This document shows, piece after piece, positions 14,053-24,787 of a DNA stretch of 64,000 nt; position 1 is the stretch's first letter, and the number at the start of each line of letters is the position of its first letter. The translations under genes and the position numbers were made by a program. Source of the DNA: Xylographa opegraphella (lineage: Eukaryota); contig JALDZX010000018.1 of assembly GCA_022813865.1 (NCBI GenBank), positions 248,001 through 312,000 on the forward strand. Direction: 5' to 3'. The notes beneath the pieces are model-generated. The model was not told the DNA's origin. It worked only from the letters and a program-made list of their open reading frames with translations, and made no database searches.

Positions 14053-15105
14053 TGAGTGTCTCACGTGTAGCTGTCGGTGTTTGGCTGTAGCTGGTCGTCG
14101 TTGTCAGGCGATAAGGGAGATAAGAGTCGTATGGATGGCGTCATTGGCAGATGCTCGGCTCTTGCGATGGAGGACACGCGTGGCGCCGTATACTTGCGAG
14201 AACATCACACCAGAATAAGCTGAACCGCGCTTCACTCATGCGCGTTCGAGGGAATGAACGCTGCCCAATCTTATGCCGGGCTGGCGCGTTTAGCATATCC
14301 TATCCCAGTCAGCGCGTTCGTGTGGACACACTAGCCGGCTGCAAGTTCTGCTTTACCACACTCGCACAACCATGTCGTGGTCGTCGTCTGTGGAAATAGC
14401 TTCACTCTGCCTGCACTGAGTGTTTGGCTGTGTGAACGAATGGAGAGCCGATGGGTGAAGGTGCAGGTGTGGTCCGGCTTTACTGCTTTGGGCAATGCGC
14501 TGGTGTTGTATTTTCCTCGATTTGTCCACTAAGCAGCATCATTGAAAGTAAATGATGTTTGATGGTTCCGTATATTCGGCTTTGGTGCATTGGAAGCCCC
14601 CTGTGGAGTATATCATGATGTGAACGCAATGCTTTTTGATTCATTTCTGTGATGTGAATTCGATGGTGTTTAGGAATGGACTTCCTTTCTGCTATGCTAT
14701 GTTTCTTCCACGTTCTTGGTAGCGTACTGCGTCTATGAATTCACTGCGGCCTCTGATGGAAGAAGTAGGGATGAATGGCAGTGGAGACACACTGGCTCGA
14801 TCTAAGGCAGATTCACCTGTTCCCACCAGTGACAAACACACGTTCTCGTCTTGTCCTGAGCCATCTCATTCTCTTGCACGTCTTTCCTGTCTCTCTAACT
14901 TCCAAACTCTCTGCTCTGATCTGAATCTTCAAATCCCTCTCCTCGAATACCGAGTTCATCTCCAGCAGCGGCATAGTCCAAAAGCAAGCTCCCACCATCC
15001 TGTCAGCACCTCCTGTTCCTTAACACATCATCAAAATCTGTAAGGTTGACACATCCCGAACATGACCGCGACTGAGCTAATGGATAGGTGCCGAAGCCTG
15101 TCACT

Positions 15106-15462
15106 ATGCCAGACAACAAGAAGACCGCCACCACACACCATTGTCCATTGGACGGGGGCAGGAAGGGCAATTGCAGGCTGGGGCCTGCCGCCGGTGGTCA
15201 GCTGAGAATATGTACGGTTCATCAGACATTGTGTACCAAACACGACAAAACGCACCCTTTAACCGAGCCTTGCCCCTCGTGCCTTGGTGAGCAGAAGAGG
15301 GCGGCGAAGGAGGCAAAGAAAGCACAGGAGGCAGAGAAAGCACAGGAGGCAAAGAAAGCACAGGAGGCAAAGAAAGCACAGGAGGCGGCTGCCAAGGCTG
15401 CAGCAGAAGAGGCGAAGAAGCCGAGTAAGTCCTGGTTGGGCCGGCGTTTTGGACGGAAATGA
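15106..15462 (+). CDS. Small 118-aa Cys/His-rich protein with EAKKAQ coiled-coil repeats
   Basis: ATG at 15106. C-x9-C-x12-C-x2-H-x3-C-x2-H-x3-H-x5-C-x2-C pattern; upstream canonical intron 15040-15087 (GTAAGG..GCTAAT..TAG). Confidence 0.6.
   Translation: MPDNKKTATTHHCPLDGGRKGNCRLGPAAGGQLRICTVHQTLCTKHDKTHPLTEPCPSCLGEQKRAAKEAKKAQEAEKAQEAKKAQEAKKAQEAAAKAAAEEAKKPSKSWLGRRFGRK
15308..15386 (+). repeat. 18-bp coding minisatellite AGGAGGCAAAGAAAGCAC, about 4.4 copies
   Basis: Directly visible; one substitution in copy 2. Confidence 0.95.
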
Positions 15463-15686
15463 GGGGAGATGCGCTGCTGGGGGCCGTCGTGCTGTTTTGG
15501 GCCGAGGCGGGGGTTCAATTCCAGGAGATTGGGGTGGATGCGCCTTCTGAAAGGGATGTAGCCGGTAAAGGGGTAGCTGGGTGTGTGGCGGTTATCGCCA
15601 GAATCAAAAGCTTTGGGTTCGTGTTTAGCATCACAATCATGATGGTGACCTGCAGTGATAAATGTGTAGTGTATGTGCTGAGCTAC

Positions 15687-17144
15687 CTAAGATTCTCGTG
15701 TCGAGACCTGTCCCGCGAGTTTCCCACGTAGCAGATCCCAATCACTAAACAACTTCTCGATCTTAGGAACATCCCATCCAAGATGCAATCCCACTCGAGC
15801 GAAGTAAAACACCTTCCGGGCTAATCGATATTGTGGCAGGTAACAGAGCCTACAATACTCTTGCCCCATCAGTGCTTCAAATGTATCTTTCAAGATCCGC
15901 ATAGCAGGATCTTTGGGCACTTTGTAACATTCCGGCTCATCATTGTGATCATCATTAGCCCAATCCCATATCCAATGAGGCGCCACACAGGACTCAAAAC
16001 GAGGCGCAAACATTGCTCCATCCCAGTCCAAGACACCAGTGATCTTCAAGAGGCCATCGTCGTTAACCTGTATCATGATGTTCCTAGGAGCAAGATCCCC
16101 ATGTTCGAGGACAAATGGTGAACCACACAGACAGCCTAGCTGATCCATCTCCTTTGCTATGGTGGACAGACGTTCCAAGAGTGGCCCATCGAATTCAGAT
16201 TTAGAATTCTTCTGATGGCATTCAATCTGCATCAGAATCATACTGAGTATTGTTTGTCCTTCCAAAATGTTCTTTGCCCCATTTCTAGGGTCGTCAGGTG
16301 CCCAAACATCACGAAAATGGAGGACCTGCACTTCTGCTTTCTCAGGACATCCTCCTTCGACGAAGCCAAGTTCTCCAGCTACCGAGCTTGTAACGCTTTG
16401 AATCGAGCGAAGGAGTTCAGCATACTGATGTACAAAGGCATACTTCTGCGCGAGGTTCAGCCGTCGGTAGGCCGTACATAGTACCTCGCCTGGGATACGT
16501 AGCTGCAGAGTGTAAGGGCTTTGAATAGCGTTTGCCGATGTCAGATCGTAGCTGATGATGCTTGGAGTTGGGATTGAGGTGTGGTTCCGGATGTAGTCCA
16601 ATATACTAATCCCTGGAAGGATAGAATCTGTTATGAAGCGCGGGATGCTTATAATGTATCTTGTCTCTACAACTCCATTGGTGTCTATTGCAGACTCTGA
16701 GGGAAGACCTTGCAACGTAGACTTTCGAACCGTGGACAGCAGCTTGGGAGGTTCAAGAGGATTCGTGTTGTGGACTTGAAGTGTAGAATTTGGTAGATCA
16801 TGCAGTGGTTCGGTGGTTTCAGACTTCGTATTGGGCGAGAGCACACTGCGGATTGTGAGTCCAACAACTCGGTTGGAAGCGCCTCCCGGAAGGTACTGAA
16901 CAGTTGAATCATCGATCGGTGAGAGTGGCCACAAAGTCTTGCAGAGCTCCTGAACATCATCCTTGAACTCTGAAAATGGTCTCTGGCTGTACATATATGT
17001 TGAGCCCGACGACTCTGAAGACGTTTGTGACTTTCGGAAGGTTTGGAAGGTTCGTTTCCAGCGGCGGGATCGACACTTCACACGGAGACAGGAACAACCA
17101 AACACCAAGCGCAGAGCGCTGGCAACATGAGGAAAGAAACGCAT
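15687..17144 (-). CDS. Aminoglycoside phosphotransferase/choline kinase-like (APH) family protein
   Basis: Intronless 485 aa with GGASNRV, Brenner motif HGDLAPRNIM and GVLDWDGA. Confidence 0.85.
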   Translation of the reverse strand: MRFFPHVASALRLVFGCSCLRVKCRSRRWKRTFQTFRKSQTSSESSGSTYMYSQRPFSEFKDDVQELCKTLWPLSPIDDSTVQYLPGGASNRVVGLTIRSVLSPNTKSETTEPLHDLPNSTLQVHNTNPLEPPKLLSTVRKSTLQGLPSESAIDTNGVVETRYIISIPRFITDSILPGISILDYIRNHTSIPTPSIISYDLTSANAIQSPYTLQLRIPGEVLCTAYRRLNLAQKYAFVHQYAELLRSIQSVTSSVAGELGFVEGGCPEKAEVQVLHFRDVWAPDDPRNGAKNILEGQTILSMILMQIECHQKNSKSEFDGPLLERLSTIAKEMDQLGCLCGSPFVLEHGDLAPRNIMIQVNDDGLLKITGVLDWDGAMFAPRFESCVAPHWIWDWANDDHNDEPECYKVPKDPAMRILKDTFEALMGQEYCRLCYLPQYRLARKVFYFARVGLHLGWDVPKIEKLFSDWDLLRGKLAGQVSTRES

Positions 17145-17271
17145 GATATCAGCAGCCTGAATAATGACAGTGAAGGAAGGAAGGTGAACTTGAAATGAAG
17201 AAGTCGACTTTCATTCTGGGTAGGTAGGATTCAACCATCAACACAGGAATTGCTCGCGGTGAAGCTTCACC

Positions 17272-17280
17272 ATGACTCAT
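17272..17280. promoter_or_regulatory. Optimal Gcn4/CpcA (AP-1-like) site ATGACTCAT in the divergent APH/cupin promoter
   Basis: Exact 9-mer about 130 bp upstream of the APH ATG. Confidence 0.4.
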
Positions 17281-17764
17281 GGGTCAATTTCTTGGAAACT
17301 TTTGTGAATCGATGGGAGGCCCTCTACCATATTCTCTGTGTTTGCTGCTGGCAAAATTGTGCAGGAGCTGCATGTTCATGAACATTATAAATAATGATCG
17401 CTGGTAATCAGCAATACAGAGCTGTTATTTAATACGGCTACGCTAGTTCTGGCATTATTATAGCGTCCACTCCGTATTTTTGGATCTGAGAGTTAACCCT
17501 GGTTTGTTTCAACCTGGCGAGCACAGTCAGCCGTGTTTGATTATCGGCTTATCATCCACGCTATTCTACTCCGTAGGAGCAGCCACGGAGGATTGTCAAC
17601 GGATGTCCGCGGATCTTCATGAATAGACTACTCAATTACCAAGAATGGGTCACGGAAACGGAGAAGATGGACTCAATACATGTCCTGTGCGGAAATGGCA
17701 AGCCAATCTTCTTTACGAGTTCTGAAGATGTCCTGAAAAATCAAGAACCTCGTAAATTATCGTC

Positions 17765-18538
17765 ATGACTACGTGCTTTGTGACGAAAGCGAGCGAAATT
17801 GTTCCTACGTTTGTTTCTAAGCCTGGAAATGTGGAATCAGCATATATCCGTAACCTCATTTCGAAACTGAATCTCCAGACGCATTTGGAAGGAGGATACT
17901 TTGTTGAGACAGACCGCGATACTCTACGCGTTCCCAATCCTTTTCGAACAAATGGCGTGAACCGAGCAAACCTACCATCAGACGGCAACCAGGATGACTC
18001 TTCTCGATCTGCCAGTACCACCATCTATTACTTGCTGACACCCGCGAATCCGACCGGCGTGTTCCACAGGAATAAGGCAAGGACTATGCACACACTGCAC
18101 AAGGGACGAGGACGATATGTGATTATCCATGCAGATCAGACCGAGCATGGTCAGGAATCAAGGGTTGAGACGTTTGTGGTCGGACACGATGTCGATAAGG
18201 GAGAAAGACTACAGTGGCTCGTCGAAGGTGGAAAGTACAAAGCGAGTTTCCTGTTGCCGGATGTTGAGGGTGGTGACCAGAGCGATGGGTTACTTATCAG
18301 TGAGGTGATTGGGAGCCGATATTGTACTTGATATACCTTATTCTGTACATGTTACACTGACACTTCCCTACAGACTGTCGTACCGGGCTTCGAATACCAG
18401 GATCACGACTTTCTGCTAGCTGGTGCCCTACATGATCTAGTCACGGCCGAACAAGAGAAAGAGCTTCGTTGGTTACTGTCGGCAAATGCATACGATGATC
18501 ATCTAGAACCTGTAGCTAACGACAGTCGTTCACCTTAG
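17765..18538 (+). CDS. DUF985 / Cupin_5 family protein (yeast YML079W-like)
   Basis: LNLQTHLEGGYFVET, RSASTTIYYLL, GERLQWLVEGGKYKASF. Intron ~18305-18372 joins LLISE to TVVPGFEYQDH; stop at 18538. Confidence 0.88.
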
Positions 18539-19107
18539 CTGATGCCTGATAGGCATCTAGTTCTGGTTTCAACGCCATACTCATTATAGGATTCCCTTAC
18601 TATTCGTAATGTACGAATAAGAATATATATCTTAACTTACCTTACGACTGCTCCTTCTAGCATTATAAGCTTGATAGATGGCGATCAGTAGGAGTAGAAA
18701 GCATCCCTCATGCAGATCAAACTTCTCCGGAGTTGAGATTGCCAGAAGCCGTGTCACAATTTCGTAGCCACTATTATGAAGTCATTTCTGAATGCAGACC
18801 GTGCCAATACATTACTTCCACAACTATATACAAGTCTTATTGCCATCCCAATTCTCTATAGATTAACAACAATCAATTTGTCAGGGATGATAATCTGCAC
18901 TTAGAGGAAGTACATGGAGTTGTATCTATCGGGGTTCGTTACCCGGTGAAGACTTCTAACCACCAATGTAACCTGGTGTCAGTTCCACAATAGCAACAAG
19001 ACAGCGCACCTCCAAGCACCCGTCAATCATGCCAGCACGCCATATATCATATCTTGCATGCTCTTCAATATGATATAGGATCAAACGATTCTTCTCCCAC
19101 CAACACA

Positions 19108-20604
19108 ATGGCCACCAACATCCCCATCCCCATCCTCGCGCCCCCACGAACGCCCACCCCACCCCCTGATGATGACCAGGTCGGAATGGCAGGACTAGGC
19201 CTGGACGGCATTGGGGACCTCCTCTCCCCTACCAAAGGGCTCTATGATCCAAGCTCCCTCTCGCCCATGGATGAGAACTTCGCCGTCAGCCGCTTCAGCT
19301 CAAGCCCATCCCTCGCGCTTTCAAGCCAGCCTCTCAGTCCCACAAGCCCCAATTCCCTCTACAGCTCTATATCCGCAGAAAGCAATGGTAGTAAAAGCGA
19401 ACTGTCTATGCAGAATGGCAAAGGGCCTTTCAACTTCCAGCCTATGTCGCTGGCCAAGTCGCCCATCACGAAATCCGTGAACACAATTCCTTACACTCTT
19501 CGTCTCCACAGCTACTGACCGAGTTTCCAGAGCGTTGGCCAGCGCCGCGGCCACAAATACAAACACAGCAGCGTCTCGCACCAGATCTTCCTCGAGCCCA
19601 CTCCTCGCGCCCCCATCGCGCTACCCTCCTCCCTTCCGATTCCCACCTTCGCGGAATGCCGGCGCAGCATGTCCACGGAGCAAAAACAGCGCTTCTACTG
19701 GTCCATCTGCCACATGGCCGTCGCAGCCTATACACTCTGGAGTGCATCAGGCTCGCTGGCCCTCACCGCGCTCTCACACCTCATCCTCTTTGACTCTTTT
19801 GGCGCGATGCTATGCGTGATCGTCGATGTCCTCTCCAACTTCGAGGTGTGGAAGCGCTCCAGCATCCGCCACCCCTTCGGTCTCGAGCGCGCGGAAGTCC
19901 TCGCCGGCTTCGCGATGAGCGTGCTACTGCTCTTCATGGGCATGGACCTGATCTCGCACAACCTGCAGCACGTGCTGGAGGAGATGGGCCAGCACGAAGC
20001 GCACCACACGCACGAGCACGAGCGCGTTACCCCTGGCGGGATCGACGCTGCGAGTCTGCTGGCGATCGTGTCGACGGTGATTTCGGCGCTGGTGCTGAAG
20101 AATCACGCACGGATAGGTAAGGTAATGCGTTTCGCGTACATCGAGACCCTGCCGTCGATCCTGAGTAACCCATCGCACTTCCTAACCATCACGTGCTCGT
20201 CCATGCTGCTTCTCCTGCCGCTGCTCTCCGTCCAGATGTACACATGGCTCGACCGCGCGCTGTCGGGCACCATCGCCCTCAGCATGTGTATCCTCGGCGC
20301 GCGCCTGGTCAACACCCTAGGCCTGATGCTGCTGATGTCGTACACCGGCGGCGGCGTCGCTGCCGTCATCCGCGACATCGAGTCCGACCCGTCGGTGACG
20401 GGCATCGAGGAGGCTAAATTCTGGCAGGTGCATTACGGGCTGTGCATGGCGAACTTGAAGCTCAGGGTCCGGGGCACCGACGACAATATGGTCCGGCTGC
20501 GGGACCGCGTCACGAGTCTGATCCGCAATCGCCTTGGAGGGGGCTACGGGGGCGGAGGGCAGCGGTGGGAGGTGTCGACGCAGTTGGCGGTTGAGAAGTA
20601 TTGA
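19108..20604 (+). CDS. ZRG17: Cation diffusion facilitator zinc transporter, Zrg17-like
   Basis: RRGHKYKHSSVSHQIFLEP after intron 19477-19530, SSIRHPFGLERAEVLAGFA, His-rich loop, multiple TM helices. Confidence 0.85.
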
Positions 20605-20905
20605 GTCATTTGCATTTATGGAGCGTCTGTTTGGAATAGAGGGCCTATCGATGTGCCCGTTTTCTTGCAATGAAGTGATTACACTATGAAAAGCTCCTCC
20701 GTGTCTAACATTGCTACGCATACTCCTGGAAAAATGGCGTCCCAGTCCCTTGCGCTGCATGACCGGCGCTGATCTGCGTCGCTGTGCCTGGAAGACATTG
20801 CGTAGCGTGGTGTGTGCAGACATAAAAGCAGCTCGGAAGCATGTTCAGATTGCCAAAGAAGTGGTTACTCATACATGTGAAGTGCGAGACTCGGGTGTAT
20901 ATTAG

Positions 20906-23329
20906 TCACAGAGCCAAATCAATGTCCTCTATAGATGCCTGTGAACGGGTCACCATGCCACGCATATCCGGCGGCACTACGTTCGTGGCAGTCTCGTACA
21001 GCGAACGCTGTGGTGTTTCCGCCTCTGGTATAAGCTCAGCTTTTTTGAGCCAGGCATCACGCGTAGAACCACCCAATGGGTGTCTGCCATGGCGACCCCG
21101 TACTCGGGATAGTTCCTCTCGCATGAGATCATGCATTTCCATGATGTTGTCCTGGAAAGATGCCGTCGACGGGGCGAACTGGATATGGAGTTGTGAACAG
21201 GGGTGCGGCATTAAGTGTCTAAATCGCGATTGCCAGTACACGAGGGCGTTAGATAGATCGCTTCCTCCTGTGTAGTCGGGGAAATAGGTTTTCATTGGGT
21301 CGTGGAGAAGCTTCTTCCTGAAGAGCTCGATTTTGGTGAAGATGAGGAAGAAAGCAGAATTCGTGAACCGCTTGGATGCGATGAGCGATTCGAACAACCC
21401 GAGCGAGTCCACCAAAGGGTTCTAATGGGGCAGCCTGATTAGTCTGGTAGTCATGTGAAGAGGCTGCTTGTTCAGCTGTGAATTCACCATGCCATACCAC
21501 CAATCCACGTTATAACCCGAGAGTCCGACAGTGAAAGCCACACAGTCCACGGCTTCAGATACATTTATCCACTTCCTCTGCTCGGATGGAACCCCCGCAA
21601 CATCATGCACATCATATACATCACCCTCGATCATTCTTAGCTGACTGGATATACCAGTAGATGGGGTCCACAGGCCAAGAATGTCAAGGTCTGAAGGGAC
21701 GAAAGGTTCCTTCACAATTCGTTCCGCATGGTACAAGTAACTTTCTGTCAGTAAGCAAAGCCATCTATCCCGAATGAGCTGGGGGAAACGCGTACTGAGC
21801 AATATTGTCGTGGCGCATTCTGGTCTGTGTGATCATGAAATTCTGCACAAGGTATTCATTCCATAGTTCTTTGACAGCTCCAATTACTCGAAGAAAATTA
21901 CTGTGGTCATACTTCAAACACTGCCTGTTCTCAAGGACTGTAGCCTGAAGAGCCTAGAAACCTTTAGTGGGTTTCTGCTGAGAAGGAAACGATTCGAGCA
22001 CACGCACGCTGGAACGTCCGTCACCAAAACTCATGCTTTGATTTGCTAGGCTGGCGAGACAATAATGCATATCAGAAATTGAATTTCCAAGCAAAGCGCG
22101 AATTGGTTGGACTGCATCTTTGCGATTCTGCAACTCGAATGAACTACCAGAACGAAGTTGAAATTGCTTGAAGAGTGTGGATTTTCCAGATTGCGTAGGA
22201 CCTATTCCAAACAGCCATCAGTCTACTACTAAGATGATTAAGGCTAGCAAAGAAATTGTGGCCTGAGGCGGGCCATACTTTTGTCTTACCTAGAATCAGA
22301 ATTTGGAACGTGGGAAAGATTTCGGAGCCTGGGCCACTGGAGTTTCCAGCTGTGCCATCTGCTAGAAGTCTCTGTAAATCATTTGCGTACACTTGATGGT
22401 TATACAGCTCGTTCACAAAGATAGGCAATGCAAAAACTGATAAGTTTGAAACCTCTGAAAGACTGATTCCAGATAACACAGACCATCCCGTGGTTCGGGC
22501 ACCGGATGATGGAAGAGATAGTGAGGAGTGTTTCTTATTGGCCCTGCTGTAAACTGGCGACGCTTGCAGATCCTTTTCAAAGGTGTAGCTAAAACTCATT
22601 GTTCGAGTGATAGGGAAGTTGCGAAGCCCTTCCGTCTATGTTTGATCTCGTCATCGCATTGTCGTCCAATATATCTTCTTGGGCTCCACTCTTCATAGAC
22701 CCATATCGGCTTACCAAGTCATGTCCTGTCTCTAAAGATCGTACCCGGTTCAAGAGATCGTGGTTGCTTGATAATGCTTGCTGAACGACACGGTTCAGTT
22801 CTTTAGCACAGTCGCGAGCCTCCTCTGTTCTCACACTATCTCCACAGGCTTCTCAGCCTCTGTAGTGTTTTTCGGAGAGGTGAAGCGTGGGGGATTCTTA
22901 CCAGGAAAGCATTGTTAGCATGAGATTCAATGAAATTTTCGATGTCTGGACACGGGATAGAATTCTCCTTAGAGTCTGATCTCTCAACGCCCACCGTAAC
23001 CGCTCAATAATAGTGTTAGTCTGAGTGCTCTTCAAAGGTTCGAGTGCCTTTTCGAGATCTGAGAAGGCTATCATGCAATCTGTGAGTGTGACGATAACTT
23101 GATCCAGCATGATCATAGACGTCCGAGATATAGACGCAACCTGGATACCTAGAAGGAAAGGTCTTAATCCTCCCAGGCAGGAACCAATGCCGTGGACCTC
23201 TGCCAATAAATGCCGGGCGAGCTCAGGCGCGCCAGTGGTGTTATTGACCAGTCTTATCAGAAATGTAGTAACGCTGCCCACTGCAGTTAGGAGTCCGAGG
23301 ACAGAAACAGAAATTGAGAGAGGATCCAT
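20906..23329 (-). CDS. HeLo-like (fungal STAND N-terminal) domain fused to a divergent G-protein alpha domain, 671 aa
   Basis: Exons 23329-22902, 22835-22715, 22635-22290, 22201-22008, 21953-21796, 21740-21488 and 21421-20906 splice in frame. N-terminus MDPLSISVSVLGLL..APELARHLLAEV..RLRWAL..LNLMLTML. G-alpha motifs ILILGPTQSGKST, YLYHAERI, DVAGVPSEQRKW, DSLGLFESL, FLIFTKIELFRKKL, YFPDYTGG. Confidence 0.8.
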
Positions 23330-23392
23330 TATTGGTATCGGCGTTCGCCACGAACGCAACCATCAGAAATCAATTATTCTATCGTAGCAGCT

Positions 23393-23760
23393 CTGCTTAT
23401 CAATCCTGAGATCCACAAGCTGAACCCCGATGCTGACATCAAAGGACTGCAGCTCGACATGGAAGACTGCAAAGGTGTAATTGCATTTGCACAAGGCGTC
23501 AAGAAAGAGTTTCAGGACAGGCATGTTCTTCTCCTGAATGCTGGCATCGCTTAGCTGGGCTACAAGGTCAGCGTGACAGAACATCAGAAAGCAACGCGTG
23601 TCCATCATCTCTCCAGCTCGCTGCTTTCCTTCAGCAACTGCCGCTCCTGGAGACAACTAACGGCACGAGCGGGTCAGGCAGCAAGACTGAGCTGGGTGGG
23701 AAGCTGGATGCAGCAGTCAATTTCTTCAGCGAAGATGCAATCGGTCCTGCCGAAATCATG
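23393..23760 (+). pseudogene. Internal fragment of a retinol-dehydrogenase-like short-chain dehydrogenase pseudogene
   Basis: Translates LQLDMEDCKGVIAFAQGVKKEFQDRHVLLLNAGIA*LGY..., then with frameshifts LPLLET and RLSWVGS. In-frame TAG at 23552-23554; no N-terminal TGxxxGxG. Confidence 0.6.
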
Positions 23761-24787
23761 GATGAACAAATAATTACGAGTAGCTTCCAATTGTCGAGGT
23801 TAGCTCTGTATGAGTGTTGCTATATGGCTGGCATGAGCCTGATTCCTTCGATAGTTCAGCAGTGATGGAAACATCGTTTTCCTGCAAACATCTGTTGCTG
23901 CTGCGTGTCTAAGGGATATCTATATTTGCAACGTGCATTCTGCATAGTTAGTAGGTCAGTGACGAGAAATCCCTGCAGCACATCGTGCACGTGATCGTCG
24001 GCCCGAAGCGCGAGAGATCTCGTGCTCTGATTGGCCAAGACGCGAGGGTGGACGTCAACTGATAAGAAATGCACCCCGCGGCGGCCCCACCTCCTATAGA
24101 CAATGCAAGCAGCCAGTCCAGTGACACGGGCGTATGACAACAGGTGCTGATGCGTGCATGGCTTCGACTCTGCATAGATCTGCTGAGATCCTTCAGCCCG
24201 TCGATAAGCGCCTGCATCGCCCGCAGCCATGCTCACTACATCACTCGTGCTTCAAGGCTCACCCCGAGACATGGCTGACCACGGGTTGTGCCTGCCGAAG
24301 CTGATCACTTGAACCGGAGATAGGCTGCACCTCGAATGCGAACGTGCTCCCTTTCGGATGGATCGTGCTTGTACACTCCCCAGTGTCTTCGACTTCTCCA
24401 ACATATCATACTGCATTTCCATTGCAAGCATATATAGACAGACCCTCGCTTTTGGATCGATTCCATTGCCGCATGACGTCCTATGAATTCTATTGAAGGT
24501 CGAGGACTTTAGTAATTTAATCATTAATATTAGAATGCCACCGATCTAGAAACTCACGCCTTGACGTGTCGCTCTCGACCTTGACGCGCGATATTATTTC
24601 CTCCTACATCGAGGTATAACGGGTGCAACTTCTGGCCGAGGTCGAAAACAAGAGGAGGTTGCAAAAGATACATTATTCCGAGAACTCCATTCATACACCA
24701 TCATCTCAACCTCAGGCGACTCATCGAGTGAGGTTGCAAACACTGCTATGATAATCCGGAAGGAGCGTGATATACAATTGTGAAGAA

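Noticed and set aside
15308..15386. Regular repeats as a possible CRISPR array
   Set aside because: Tandem coding repeat without spacers, in a eukaryotic genome.
23950..24070. IVHVIVGPKRER resembling the start of a BTB domain
   Set aside because: Too short, followed by stops, with no further supporting motif.
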